Shown here: in pieces, positions 13,281 through 28,879 of the stretch
How positions within the stretch are numbered: position 1 is the first letter of the stretch
Layout of the letters: each line of letters begins with the position of its first letter
NCBI GenBank assembly: GCA_028023455.1
Contig: JAQFVV010000002.1
Span: 1,240,001-1,304,000 of the forward strand
Source: Epiperipatus broadwayi
Lineage: Eukaryota > Animalia > Onychophora
Reading direction: 5' to 3'
DNA length: 64,000 nt
Made by a program: the position numbers and the translations under genes
Notes under the pieces: model-generated
Database searches by the model: none
Seen by the model: the letters and a program-made list of their open reading frames with translations, nothing else
What the model was told of the DNA's origin: nothing

Positions 13281-14307
13281 AGGTTTGATGCAAGAAACTA
13301 AACAAGTTACAACTGCTACTTTACAATAATACCTATGTTTTGTAAGATCAACAAGTCCTGGGTATGTTCTCTAACAAAAAAACATTTAAATCTCATTATA
13401 GCATATACTTTAGATACTGATTAAGTAATAAAATTGAGCATGTGCAGAGATTATTTCTTATTCGGAAATTATTCTTATTGATCTTTTTTAATGGGACCAC
13501 CATTACTTCCCCCAGATGTTGCAATTGTTTTAAAGACCAAGATTTACTTGATAGAACTTGACTTTTCAATTCAAAATATTTATCATAGGTAGAAAGAATT
13601 AATGAGATATTAATAGATGTATTGGATTGTCAAATGCCATTCATGACTGAATCTCCAATAATTGTCATTTTGCATTTTTTAAATCATCCAAAATATAGAC
13701 ATTTATGAAAAGCATAATGCAGACTTGAAGTAGAACATTTTTTGCTCAACTTTCAGCCAGTAAACTGCAATTTCCATTATTACTCATCACCAGATTTAAT
13801 GATGTTAGGTTAATCTGGAAATTTGGGTCTTCAATCTCTAATTGAAATTTTATATTTATCTAATTTGATATGAGAAACTGTTATAAAAAATATTGAAATA
13901 TTTTCTCTTCCAATGATATTTATGAAGTATTATTAGCAGATGATCCAGCCAATTTGCAAGAAATATGAAAATTATATGAAAGATTTGTGGTATATAATGA
14001 CAAAGATTTATTGCCTCACTTAGTAAAAACAAGTTCAAATTTAACAAATAATTATATAAATTTTCTGTTATTTGCCTATACTGACTCAGATTTAAATAAA
14101 ATTAGTATTCCCATATTATATTATTTGTGTTTTATTATATGCCAAAATTGTGATGTACTTGATTTAATGTTACATACAAGAAACAACCAAATACACCCAA
14201 TTCAAGTAACTATTATGCTCTTGCATAAAATTAAGATATCCCACTTAACAGATACAAGATTTTATTAGTATGAAAAATAACAATTATAAACAGAATTATC
14301 ATTAGTT

Positions 14308-14520
14308 CTACTAGCGCCTGTAAGGCTTACAAAAATAATAATAAGATAGGTATAGTCTGTATAATTACCCTAGGTCGGTCTTTGGTACCTTCAGACCCGA
14401 ATATCTGGTTCTCCTCCCATCGTTGGTCCTGTTCTGAATTCGCGCTACACTTAAGTCTCTCAGAAAATCAGGACTGAAACTAATCTGTCCTTTCTCTGCT
14501 AGATTATAACTACTTTTTGT
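14308..14520 (-). mobile_element. Unclassified CpG-retaining insert, possibly a LINE 3' end with a (TTA)n-like tail
   Basis: GC/CpG-richer than its flanks; short minus frame YNLAEKGQISFSPDFLRDLSVARIQNRTNDGRRTRYSGLKVPKTDLG* followed by ttattattatttt. Confidence 0.3.
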
Positions 14521-17500
14521 TCTATTGTTTATTCCTTATCAATTTTAATCACCAAATTATTATGGGCTTATTTCTGAACTAATTAATTAAATTGTTCTTT
14601 ACATTTTTAATCCTTCATTTAATTAATTATTTATTCAGACTTCCATCTTGTTTTACACCTTGCCTTTTATAAAATATCTATATGAAAAACCATTTGTAAT
14701 TTCTAATTTTCATTTTTATTAAATCAACTCGTTTACTTTCACATGTAATTATTTAACACTTTTAACTTCTGGAGTACACACAGTTTCAATGTATTTTTTC
14801 TTAATATTAATTGTACTACAACATAACAGTAATATAATAATAAACTATTCTACAATTAATGTTGCATTCAGGTAACTGAACTAAGAAATTGAGTTCATTG
14901 ATTAAAAAATCTTTAGCCCTTGGGAAATTAGAAGAACTAATGCATTATTTAAAAGGTGTGATCACTACTATTCCTTGTATTGAAATAATTGAATATATAT
15001 CACCAACTATCATTGAATTTTTCAACAAAGCTACCTGCATGTTATAAAATTCCAATTCAAGCAAATGTTTTTTCACCTGTTTGATTCAGAATTTTCTAGA
15101 ATACAGATAGCACTGATATGCTATATGTTGTATTATACTTCCAGAAACTTTATACATATTTTAATCTAAATTTAAGAGGATGTGTATTTCAAATGCAACT
15201 GTTTATTTGAATGATATCGTGTCCTCAGAAGTTGATAATTCTTCATATAAATGATTTATCCTTTGGTTATTTGTATCAGTATTATATATATTTTTAATAA
15301 ATTATAAAATGCTGTGTATTTTCATTGTTTTTATAGCAGAAATGTATCAATATAAACATTATGTGTATTATCAAAAGATTTCTTAGTATTCATAGAAGAA
15401 CATTCTATCATATTTCACATTACAGACGATTTCAGTAAGTGATAATTAATAAACTCACATTACAAATAAATTAAAAAATAGTCTACTTATTGATAAAAAT
15501 TTCACTTGCTATCAAAAATCTTTGTGCAGCAATAAATTTCTATAATATTGCAAAGATATTAAAAAGGTTATTGACTAAAATAATTTAATCTTAGTAACAA
15601 CTACATTTGTGATTAACATTAATTAACAATAGTGATAATAGCACAAAGGAACTACTTAATCATGACTTAATGCTTTCCTCAATATTTTATATGAATGAAA
15701 ATATAAATCAAAATTCTAAACTGAATAATTATATTTTTAAATATAAGATATTTTTAAAATAGACCTTTATTTCAAACTGAATAAATATGAAGGATGTTTG
15801 ACATACATGGCATATGTAAAAAAACATCTTAGATTAAATATCTTCAATAATCAGAAAATACTAACAATGATTGTCCTGATATTCAAAAAATGCCTGGCCA
15901 AAGCAATCTAACAGTAGCATTTACACATAAAAATACATATCATTGGACTTTGAAAACATTCTACTATGAAGGATTGCTTAACAGGTGAGATTCAAAAATC
16001 AGATTTTTTTCATTAAGTCACTGAAGCATAATAGAATCCAAAAAAAGAGCGTTTGGTGAAATATCAATGTCAATGTTCACTATTCTAATTCTATGAATTT
16101 CTGACTGACTATATTTTTATTTTTATGGCTGGACAATTTTTTTATCAAACTAAAAGACAGATTCTCTACATTTAACACTTTAAATAATTTTTTAGTGCCA
16201 ATATTGTTGCTATAATACTATCTTGACCACCATCAGTCTTTCATATTATTAAATTTAAAATGATATTGTTTTAAAAAATATCCAACAACAAAATCTATTA
16301 TATTTATAAAATTCTTGTTAGCAGTTGATGACAAGTTGTATTGTAAGAAATATCCATATTCGGCCAAAAGGAACTACTGACTTTAATTTAGTAAATAATG
16401 GAAATAACTTGCATATTGTAAATAAAATATCACTTTCTTGTAATCAGTTGTTGACATTTCGATATGTAAAATACATATTCTTTTAGATATTGCTGCTGAA
16501 CATTATAAATAAATGAGAAATATAGCAATGAAAGTTTTATTAAAGCTATAAATATTAATAGAGCATTATGAAAAAGTATTCAATGGAATTAAAACTAATT
16601 CAATAATGTCTTAATCTTTATTTTAAACTTTTAATGCTAATTGAATAAATTACACAGTAAAATACCCTAACTGTATGTTTTATTAATAAGCATCATCGTG
16701 ATCTTTATACCATAATGAAAATAAATGTCAAACCAAACCTTTACTGCATATTTTAAAAATTATACACTTTACACATAATGCTACATTTCTGATAAATATA
16801 TTTTTTAAATTATCCAAATAATAGATTATTAAAATCAAATTATCTGTGTCAATAGACATTGAATGATTTGGATTTACTTATTGATTAAAGCCATCAGTTT
16901 TTATTAATCCATAAGATTCAACATCATTTTTTAGACCCATATTTTTCTCAAGAGAATAACTTTAGTTTTTATACTGTTTTATCAAATCTTTCTAGTAAAT
17001 TCATTCAATGAATGATTTAACATCTTTGTTACTGTATTCATTTTTTCCAAAGCCAATGCAATTTTTCTTATTAAATCTGGCTTTGAAAATTTATCCTGAC
17101 ATGTCTGCACTATTTAAAGCATTTAGCTATTATATTGATTTCAGGAAACTCAACTGAGTTGTGTTAAAATAAATAGTCCAATTCCTTAATTTAATACAGC
17201 TACTATGTGAGTTGATTGTTCAAATATCGAAGTAACAGAATGAACTTTGATCAGAAAATGTTTAGTTCTTGAGTCCACTGTCTTTTGTTTTTGAAATCAT
17301 TTCAAATATCCAACTTCTTATATTTCTGAAATTTACATGTATGGTCCTATTGGATGTTTTCAGATTACTACAAGCTCTTTTCTTTTCAGACATCACATAT
17401 AAAACCTTAATGATAAAATACTCAAATCACATTATAAAACTTATATTGTCAAGTTTCATATCATTGCATTTATTTATCATACATATATAAATAAATATCA

Positions 17501-20500
17501 CCGAAATTTAAACTATTATTGTAACCATTTATTGATTTTAATTATAAAAATAAAAACCGTAGCTTTTATTAATTTCTCTTATTTTTCCATTCAATATTGT
17601 TCAACGTTGATTGTTTAAGCCAATGCTATCTGTTTTGTCTGTAATGGAGTGAATTGTAATATCTTCTTATTACGTGACATTAACACTTACTGGTGTTTTT
17701 AATACAACATAATGTTAATCCTAAACTTGTATTCAATAGTAAAAAAAAAATCAAAATTAATACTTAAGTTGTTACATTTTTGTTTTTCAAATTTTTCGGT
17801 ATTAAATCCTTGTTCTTTTTCTAACTCAATTAAACCGTATCCATGTGTCAATATATATAGTTTTATGTATGTATATTATTAAGATGTATAGAAAAAATAT
17901 TAAAATTCTTATTTATTTATGTCTAAGAATATTTGTATCAATTTTTTTTGTTGAGAATTTATTATTTTCTTTAAAAAAAAAACAAACTATTTTTATATTT
18001 AAAATGAACATTTGAGATAAAGGTCATATGAATTTTTTTTTTTTTCAATATAACTTATAAAGTCTTTTTTGCGGAACGAAATTTCCGTTTCCAATAAAAA
18101 TAACGCTGGTAGACAACATGGCTGCATGATTTAAAGCAATAAGAAAAAGAAGCAAAGAATCAGTTTAAAAAAATAGAAAAACAAGAAAGCTAAAATTACA
18201 TGTTGTCAAGCAACATTAAAATGATTTTCTTCTAAACTTAAACTGATACGAATGAATGTATTATTGATTTGTTTTGTGTTTATTTTCATTTAAATGTTTT
18301 TCCTAAGTTTGGAATTTATCTACCAATCAGTTAAATCTATTTCTTTGCAACTATAAATATAAACACCACATCTTATATTAGTTGTAGCTGGTTGTATATA
18401 TACGTACGACAAACTTTAATTCAATATGATTAGTATATTGTTGAATTATTTTAATATTCAAAAATTGGATCAAGTGATGTAAATACTAAGACTCACATAA
18501 TAATTTCGGATGCATTTAAGTATTTATAGGTTAGTATAAATTATGATATGAGAGGGGGAATATAATGATAAACTACTTGCAATGATAAGTAACAGCTATC
18601 AATTATTTTTATGGAAATATACGTGAATTTAAAATTACGTATAATTCCAATTTAAATTTTATCAACATACAAAAATGCTGCCCGATTTCATGAAACATTT
18701 TAAAAATACAGCTGTCTCAGTGGTCAAATAACATTATTGTATATAAGTAAAAAATAATTAAAATGCCTTAAGAAAATAGCCTAGAACGAACTCCTCAACA
18801 GTCATCTAAAGAGAAACAATGTGGTAGAAGACATTACTTATCAAGAGCAACTATATATTGAAGGGAGTGTTTTTTTCTTTACTTTCTATACTTAGGCTAA
18901 TTACAGATTACAAATATGAAAAGGGTGTGTGTGTGACTAAACCAGTTTGTAATCTGAAAATATTGCTAGGTTACATGTGACTTGGATTCAAACTCCAAAA
19001 TATGGATATGGCAGATAAATGTCTTAATCACAATGAGAATTCACCCATTCAATTGTCTTACGATTTCCAAATGTGAGAATTATGTATGCTAATCAGTTGA
19101 CGGTTTATTGGAACAAATGGTATGGAGATACTTATTTTTATAACATGAAAATTTGCACATAAAGAATTAAGTGAAAGATGAAATAATAAATTAAGTGTAC
19201 ATTGTATTTAAAAAACTACAGAAACAATTTATTCTATGTTTTGATAGAAATATCCCTAAAAAGATTTAATAAAGCAAACAAAATCAATAAATAATATTGT
19301 ACAGCTTGGTATATTTAATTTCAAAAAGCAACTTGTTTTTGTTTTGAATTAATCAAATTACTGAAGCAAAAAACATATTTATAAACGATATGATAATGTG
19401 TAACCTTCATTATAATAAATATAATTTACATGTTGCTTTTTAAATAAAATAAAGATTATATGATGCATGTCAAGACTATAAAAACAATGCACAACATCTG
19501 ACAATATTTTTCTGTTTCTGCTTTTCCACAGTTTGTATTCATTCATTCATTCATTTCATAGTGTACAGATTAATATATATATATTGTAATAGAAAATGTA
19601 TATGCTACGTATGAAAAGAGAAAATTAATATAATAGTACCAATGTAATAGTATGCCTTAACTACATATGAAAAAATACACTTGCCTTAAACATAATAAAA
19701 ATGTAATAGAATGTAGTATCTAAATGAAGAAAGATGAAATCGTCCCAATCATTAAGTGGCAAAATTAATTAATCGAGCTCACATATGGCAATAATATACC
19801 TTACAACTACCAATCAAATAATTAAGTTGTGTGTTGCAAGATGCCAACATGTAATGAAACTTTCAGTTTCTCTAACAATTGATAGCCACAAATGTAATAA
19901 GAGCTCCAATTGGGATACCAAATGTAATACAATGTGGTATATGTACAAATAGAAATGAAATCACTCCAATAATTGTGGATTAATTAAAATGGAAAATATA
20001 GTTCCACAATCATGTATCTCCAGTTTTGATCAATTTTCATTCAAGAATAAATATAATAAAATATAAATAATTCCAACCAATGAATATAAAATATAATGAA
20101 TTAGGTTACAATATTTAACTTTATTTCAACAAATTACTAATTTGTAAAGTAATGGTTAATAAATTATCTATTACTACAGAAAATATCTTACACATGAGTG
20201 AATGTACTTTAATCACTACTTATATTGTTATTTTGGCTAGCCATATACAAAATAAACCTAGATACTACAGAACATTGACTAAGGCATATTAACTGGTTAA
20301 TTCTCAGGGTTAACTTAACTAACAATTTGATTATTTACTAAATATAAATTGGAACAAAGAATTTTGTTGAATCCAATATATATGTTCACAAACAAGATTA
20401 TATGTGATTCAATCTTTCAATTAAAGATGACTTATATAATAATTAACTAATACACAATATTATCATCTAGTTGATGGGTAAATTTGCCATATTACCTAAT

Positions 20501-21831
20501 AACTGCTGCACTAAAAAGAGAAAAGACATTAATAAATTTTAAATGAAAACTCAAAGTCATTCTTTTTTATATAAAACAAATGTATAAGCTTTATTCCAAG
20601 ATTGTGATTTGATATTTTGAAATAGCATAAATATATACGTGAAAAACACAAAAACTGATTTGTTTTTCAAATGTTCAATTTTTTTAAAATATAAACCAAA
20701 TAAAAGATTTACTGATAATAAACATAACTTGAAATTTATATTTTACATAAGAATTGTATAAAACTGTTGTAAAAATAAATCAATAAATACATAAATTAAT
20801 TAATTAGTAGTAACTTGTTAAATTAATAATTTAGGTTATAGATGTATTTCTTTAAAGCTGGATTGACATACAAGATGATACAAAAACAATGTAAAAAGCT
20901 CCTTCCCATTATTTATTCTACATTACTTTGAACCACATCTTTTATTACAAACATCAACTACTTGGGTTTCTTATTAATATAAGGCTTATATCCTAGCCTG
21001 CAAAGTTCTACATTTACTTCATAACTTTATCAACTCAAGGCTTTATTAAATACCTAGCATAATATATATATATATATTAATTCTAATGTTTTCACGTAAG
21101 ATTTCATATTTATTCTATTGATATTCCTGTGAAGCTAGCGACGTTTCGTACATCGTACCTCCCGCCCTCTTCCCCGGGTATGAACCCCCCCCCCCCACCC
21201 CCTTCTTGTCTCCTACCTTTCTTTTTCCTCAACCCCATTTAATATATATTACCATGTCATATGAGCCTTTATCTATAAGCAAAACATATATAAAAGACAA
21301 CTTCTACATAACAGACATGTGGGGATATTAAACTATAACTTTAATATTCATTACTATGACCTGATCCCTGCCTTTTAAAATACATCTAACAATACAATTA
21401 AAATAATTGAAGAGTTAAGACAATTATTAAATAATGATTGAATTTGTAAATACGATTCTATAATAATTTGTATATTTATATACAACTCCTATGCAAATAA
21501 GTGTAGTTTATTGGTTTTCCAGTTTAAGTTTATACACGACATTTATTATTTAATAAATATATATATATATGTAAAACGTGAATCAAATAAAACATTTAAT
21601 GATATTAAAATATATATGTATATATTATTACAATCATTATTTTAATTCGGCATTGACCTATCTATTTGTGCAATTTAAGATATAAAATTTCTGACAAAAA
21701 AAATAAATATATATATATTAAAAATTGACTTTGATTATTATTAATAAGTTTAAACACTCAAAAAGAAAATTATAAGTTAAGTTTAGATATCACAAATGTA
21801 TATACTTTTATAAAGATAAATTTTAAAATGT

Positions 21832-21833
<2 letters not shown>

Positions 21834-21927
<94 letters not shown>
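21834..21927. repeat. (AAT)n microsatellite
   Basis: Direct run; source of the poly-Y ORF. Confidence 0.95.
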
Positions 21928-21928
<1 letters not shown>

Positions 21929-23016
21929 GACAAATAAAAACAAAAAAATAATCAAATTTTAGTTACTCCATTTAATTTTCTTTACTGTTCCTTCATTTCA
22001 CTGTTCACTAATTACTTCAGATGTTTTTCTTTTGTTTGTCCATCCCAGAGTAGATTGAAATAACTTTAGAATATGTATACATATTATCAATGTGTAAATT
22101 TATAGATTTTTCTGTTATTGAAGCAATTGATTCTGGGCATTTTCTTTATATTCAGCTGTAGAAATAAATCGATTTGGCTATTAAGTTTAGGATCATTAAA
22201 AGAAACTTAAAGTTAAAATATATATATAGCTATTTTTCTGAGGTTTGTTTACAAATGCAGATTTCGTTTCAGGCTGCATATTTTACTGGACTCCAATGGT
22301 GAAATAAGATAGGCAAAAAGGGCTGAAATTGCACTGGATAGTAAAGTTCACTTAGCCAATCATTTTGATGTTAACTTGATCCAGGAATTATTATATTGAT
22401 ATCCAAAAGAAGAATTTGTGGAATAGACAAAATAAAGCTATGACTTCTTTCTTCTTCTGTTTTATGGTGATTATTTTCTGTGTTTCCATATCAATCTTTG
22501 TCCTATTGTTCGCTGATTTAAAATTCTTTAACACTGCTGATTGTTGATTTTAAATTGTTTTTTAAACAACAACAAAAATAATGTCAATAAAAAAAATATT
22601 ATATTGCAAAATTTATTTTTGTAATCTACAAAATAAATAAATAAATAAACAACCAGAATAATAACATTACATCTTAAATAATTTCCAAAATAAAAATATA
22701 ATCTAATTATAACTAGCAATTTAAATGCTACTATTGATAATTATTTATATACATACACACTCACAAATTTATATATATCCACAGCTATTAAAATCTCATC
22801 ATCATAAAACAAAGCACATATCACAATAAATAAATAAAAATGAATCAAATAACACTGAAAAACAATTAACAACAATAACAACCTATATACAAATCCTACA
22901 TAAAAACTAAATCAAAGAGATTTTTTTTAAATCCTAAATGGCACTTCTAAAGAAAGAGTGAATTTTTTATTCCTTACAATATATATATTCTAATATTCTT
23001 ATGGATAAATGAATTT

Positions 23017-23892
23017 ATAGTATTATTTCTGGGAGTTTTCCATGTAATAAAAATATAATAGCTAAATAGCTGACTTTCAATACAATAACATGAGTTTTTT
23101 CCTCAGAGTTTCTTCATTCTCAAATCATAAGAATGTGTGTGGTGAGATATAAAATCATTTTTTTTCTTTTGTTATTTTCTTCTCATTCTCAAATTCTATT
23201 TGTTGAGAAGTTGTAAAAAATATTTTATCCTCCAGTAGGTTTGCCTAAATATTGTTCATTTTCTTTAATTCACATCTTTTCATTTATGATCTTAGGTCTT
23301 TTAAATAGCTCTATATCTTTCCTTAGTGGTTTCAGATCATATTATTTAATTTTTTCCAGAATATGTGTTTTATTAAAATTTATGTCATAGTTAGTGAATT
23401 TAATGTGTGAATAAATGGTGATTACTTAGATTTCTCTCTAACTGCCAAAATGTGTTTTTCACTTTTTATATTTATTCTATTATTTGTCTGTCTAATGTAT
23501 GAATGTAAACAAACTCCACATGGAATTTCATAAAGGATATAGAAATACTTCATTAATTTTGTAGCATAAATTGTGTGGATAATTATTTTTCTTTAAAGCA
23601 TTACCAATTTTATCAATTACTCCGATTATATATGGCACAACAGTCTTAATTTTTGAAGTATCAAAATCTTTTTTTTTTATTATATATAAAACATGCTTTA
23701 AAACTTCTCAACTAATAGAATTTGAGAGTGATGAGAAAATAACAAAAGAAAAAATAATTTTAAATCTCATCACACACATTCTTATGATTTGAGAAAGAAG
23801 AAGCTCTGCAGAAAGTACTTGTTATTGTACCAAAACATCAGCTATTAAGCTATTATCTTTTTATTACATGGAAGGTTCAGAAATAATACTAT
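23017..23892 (-). mobile_element. Penelope-like remnant (family D): GIY-YIG region between ~200-bp inverted pseudo-LTRs
   Basis: Minus ~23680-23400 gives VPYIIGVIDKIGNALKKNN then (frameshift) LYEIPCGVCLHSYIRQTNNRI. Arms 23017-23212 and 23701-23892 are inverted. Degenerate minimal HHRs at 23066-23112 (-) and 23802-23844 (+); inferred consensus AGCT-CTGAAGA-AA GTAC..GTAC C-GAAA-CG-TC-AGCT. Confidence 0.85.
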
Positions 23893-23894
23893 AT

Positions 23895-24490
<596 letters not shown>

Positions 24491-26314
24491 TCCTCTACAA
24501 CAGTTCTATTAAATATAATATCTTGGCATGATTTTGTACATTGATTATACCAATGGAAAAATCTTAGAAAGAAGCTGTCTCAACCAGGAATTAATCATAA
24601 GATAAGGATCTGCTTTTTAAATAATAATAATTAGTTTTACACAAATAAAAAATATGTAAATAAACATTTTTATATCATCAAAACAATAGAAAATAATGTA
24701 TATCTACATATTGAGATATATAATGACCTCTCTCAATCTATAATTTATTTTAAATTATAATAATTGGAAATTAATTGGAAATTATAAGTCAAATTCTGGG
24801 TTCCTAAATTGGATTTAGTTTTATCTGTTTTTATTATATAAGCTCATACACATCAATAAAGTTCTTTGATTAGAATAAAAATGAGTCAATTTAAATTTAG
24901 TTTTAAAAGATAAAGAAACTAATTTATTTTAACTAAAAGTATTTCAAATAAATCTATTTAAAAATTATGTTATAGGAACAAAATTTAATTAAATATTAAT
25001 CCATAAAATGTTGCTTAATTATGTTGTATTATTATTAATTAGAATTCTTTGAAAACCAATTTCTTTTCAGCTGTACTTCAGATTTTGAAAATGTTTTAAA
25101 TTTCAATTGAACATATTTTAGGAATTAGGATGGTTAAATGTCATATCTAAACATGTGGAACTTGTTCAATTAAAGAATTTTATAACCATGGGTAATTAAA
25201 ATAATTACTTGCTTCTTTAATTAAAGAATTTTTTAAACAGGAATAATTAAAATACTTGCTGAATTATTAAATTTAAAAATATATTTTGAAAACTTGGTAA
25301 TAATATAAAAAGGCCAATTCAGAAGATAATGTCTTTTTTGGTCTGCTTTTTCCTACTTAACATGGAATACATGGAATCTCTACAACTAGCTGAAATAATC
25401 AATATGTATCATTGACCATGACAAAAATAATTTTATTTCTCCAGCATAAATCCCATAACTATCATAATGTTGAAACCTGCTTGCTAAATTTGATCCAATG
25501 CCATGCCAACTATCTTTATGTATGTTAAATTACAATTAAATAGAGGCACTTCTCAAGCATGAAAGGAAAACACTTTTCAAAATAAACATTGGTTGTAAAC
25601 ACAACCTGATTATTACTAAGATTTGAAATCTGTAAATGAAAAAACTTTACTAGTAAACCACCAAGAACTCTTTTTTCTTCTTCAAATATATGCATATAAA
25701 TATGATTTCACTTTTCTAGAAAACAATATTTGCTTGGCTGTATCTTGGACTTAAGGTAATTCATATATTTATTCTATGAACTATTTGATAAACTTTTAAA
25801 TTTTAAATTTATAATGTAATTTCTATAATTTTATGTATTTCTTTTGCAGACTTCTTTTTAACACTTATACTTTATAATGCTTTATTTACTTTTATAATTT
25901 GACTTTTATATATCTTGGTAAGCTATTAGTTATTTTTATTTTAAAGATTAGATGTTATTTCTTTTAAAATGTAGTTGAAGTAAAACAAAATAATTTTTGT
26001 TTTTTAAATTTTTTTTACTTTTTTTATTTTCCTCCTAAAGAGTTTTAAAATCACTTCAGTGATTTTCATAATCAAAAATTTAGCTTTAAAATAATCAATA
26101 TTTAGTTTTAAATCAATCTTTCTTCTAAAGAAAAAGTTTTTAAAAAATATTAGAAAGATTTAGTTATTTTAAATAATTAAAATTTAGTTTTTAAAAAAAG
26201 TATCTTTCTAAAGATATTGAAAACCATTAATGTAAATCAAGATATGTGTGTGTCTAATGTGACATAGATATATCATATAAATAATTCAGTAAGCTGATTT
26301 TATTATGCTTAAGT

Positions 26315-27701
26315 GGTACTGATTAATTAGCCACTGCACACCACTTGGTGGTGCTCCTTGTCTGCAAAAACAGATTGATATAATGTTACCAGGTCTGCGA
26401 CTCTTAAAAATTTATGTTATTGTTGTAATAATAAATTATCTTACAAATTACACAAAATGTCAAAAACAAAAGCAGTCTTTTTTTTTTACAATAATTAATC
26501 TGAGACTGCTTTTTTTTTTTGCTGCTTTCATCTTTTTTTTATTATATTCTTATTATAGTAGTTACACAAAAAAGGTGATTTTTTTGTTTGTTACAATAAC
26601 TAATCAGAGACTGTTTTTTTGTGTTTTTGGACAATTTTTTTTTTTTAAATAAGTAATGCCAAGAAATTTTTTCTGTTGTTCATTATGCCAGCTTAATTTC
26701 CCCCACCCACTCCCCTTCAAAGTTGATATTCTGCTTGTAATATTAAATTAAAGCTTTAAAAAAAATAAAAAATAACAACTACAAAAAACCCATTGGAATT
26801 GATTGCCTTACAAATTGATCACAACATAAAAATGTATTCATTGCAAAAATAAATTTATTAATGACATATGAATTTCTCAATGGTTTTTGAAACAAACAAA
26901 ATTGCATGTCAATAAACATTTTGAATAACAATTTCAATAGCAAACAGACAGAAATGTCTTTTAAGACTAGTTATTTGTATTGGCAATTATTTCACATAAT
27001 ATGACTCTAAAAATGTCCTGACCTTAGCGTGTTGTGCCACAGTGTTTATTATTCCACCATTTCAGTAGGCCTCACATTGATTGGCATGTGTCAGGATGTT
27101 TTGGGCATTCAGAAAGGCAACAGTGTCAGTTTCTGCATTGGGCAGGTCCCACAATTGGAAAATTCTGCTGTTGCCTTCAGCCATTTTGTTTCTCTTATGG
27201 CCAAAATATGACTTTTTCGTGAACACCTACAATCATGCTGTGGCCTAGCCTTTTCAAAATTTCCAGTGCTTCTACACTGCATAGGGAAGCCTTACTGACA
27301 GGCTGATAATTAGGAGTAGTTTAATATTATTTCAGTTGGGATGTAGAGCAATTCATTTTCAAGCACATTTCAACAGTTTTATGAAATTGAAGTCCATACA
27401 CCCTCATATTATACAGTAGCAAACTGACATTACTGATTGTGTGCATATAAAGTGTCACCACACAAAGCTGGGGACACCATTTCTGTGTGTATGCATAGAA
27501 AATAATGCCATCATGTGGTTATTATGATTGCAGTGTTGTATTAGCCATAGGTTTGGTTTTGTAAACCACATCATGCAGCCGGTGGTTACTATGATCATAG
27601 TATTGCATTAGCCATAGGTTCAGCTGCATAAACAGCATACTTCTGTTTTTCCACAGGAGCAGCATGATCAAGCAATGTACAATGGCTAATTAACCAGTAC
27701 T
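26315..27701 (-). mobile_element. Merlin (IS1595/ISXO2-like) DNA transposon, deleted and non-autonomous
   Basis: TIRs GGTACTGATTAATTAGCCA / TGGCTAATTAACCAGTACT; 8-bp TSD gcttaagt (26307-14) vs gcttatgt (27702-09). Minus 27184-27062 encodes MAEGNSRIFQLWDLPNAETDTVAFLNAQNILTHANQCE, resembling a Merlin transposase N-terminus. Short subterminal repeats are present. Confidence 0.7.
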
Positions 27702-28879
27702 GCTTATGTTTATAGGCAGTTTGTCAATATTTACTTTGTTTGCTTTATATGTGTGTTTGAAATTTAAAATATTGGTATATAGGGGTGTGTGCATTTATTT
27801 AGTGATCTCTAGACATTTCATTCCCCACACTTGAATTTTGTATATGTTTACTTGCCTTCTCATGATATACTATTCCTGCTTGAAGTATATGTGCTTGATT
27901 TTAACTTTGTTTTAAGTAGAAACATTTCTCTTCATTAATTTTATTTTGGTTGCTAGAGACTATTATCATTTTATTTTTAAAGTAGCTTTAATATTAAATG
28001 CAGAGAGTATATATCCAATTTGTAATGGTCTGCATATTGTGAACATTCATAATGAGGTTAAGCTGCTTTGTTATTGTTTGTTCTTTAATGTAAAAGTAAA
28101 ATACATATGTGCTCACATTTCAACTTAGAATATATATCTAATAGAATCAGATAAATTGTAGAGTTACTTAGACTTCAGAGATAATACAGCATTATGATGT
28201 AAAGTTTTGTGACTAATAATAATTAAATGGGACCAGATATCAAATGCAAAATATGCCACCATATTAATAATTGTTAATAAACTTTGTTTTGTTTATTGTT
28301 AGATCACCTTTGACATTTGTTTACTGTTATTTGCTCTGCCAATTGATATTTCTAAAGAATCTCTGTTTCTGTGACATGGATACAATTTTAAGTATCTACA
28401 ATTAATTGTGTAGTTGTGTAGTCATTTATATTTAAGATACTTCTCAATAAAATATCATGTTCTAAGCTATATATATAGTGGTGCCTTCTGGTATAAGATA
28501 TTGATATATCTACTGTGCATTAGATAGTATTTTATACTTTTTGGTTTTGAAACATATGACAAGATTACAAAAGTATCTATATATACACTCAGATATTGAA
28601 AACCAGTTGGTGAACATATTATAAGTATATTGATACAAACTAATAAGAAAGAACATGTAATGTAAGTTGGGTATTTCAAATGAAGTGTAATTCTTGGAAG
28701 TGTGGTGAGAAGTTCAACATAATGATATATAAAATAAAATTAAGAAGAAAGTATAACATAGTTAAAAGATTAAAAACAAAATATTAAACATATTAGAGAG
28801 AGAGAGAGAGAGAAGTTTTATAATATTGAAGTATAATTTTTTTTTTCTATCTCTATACATTTTGGAATCAGAGAATCAA

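Noticed and set aside
11359-13305. Minus-strand ORFs over the RTE, and their plus-strand equivalents at 40365-43018
   Set aside because: Antisense shadows of the RT ORF; they recur only because the element is duplicated.
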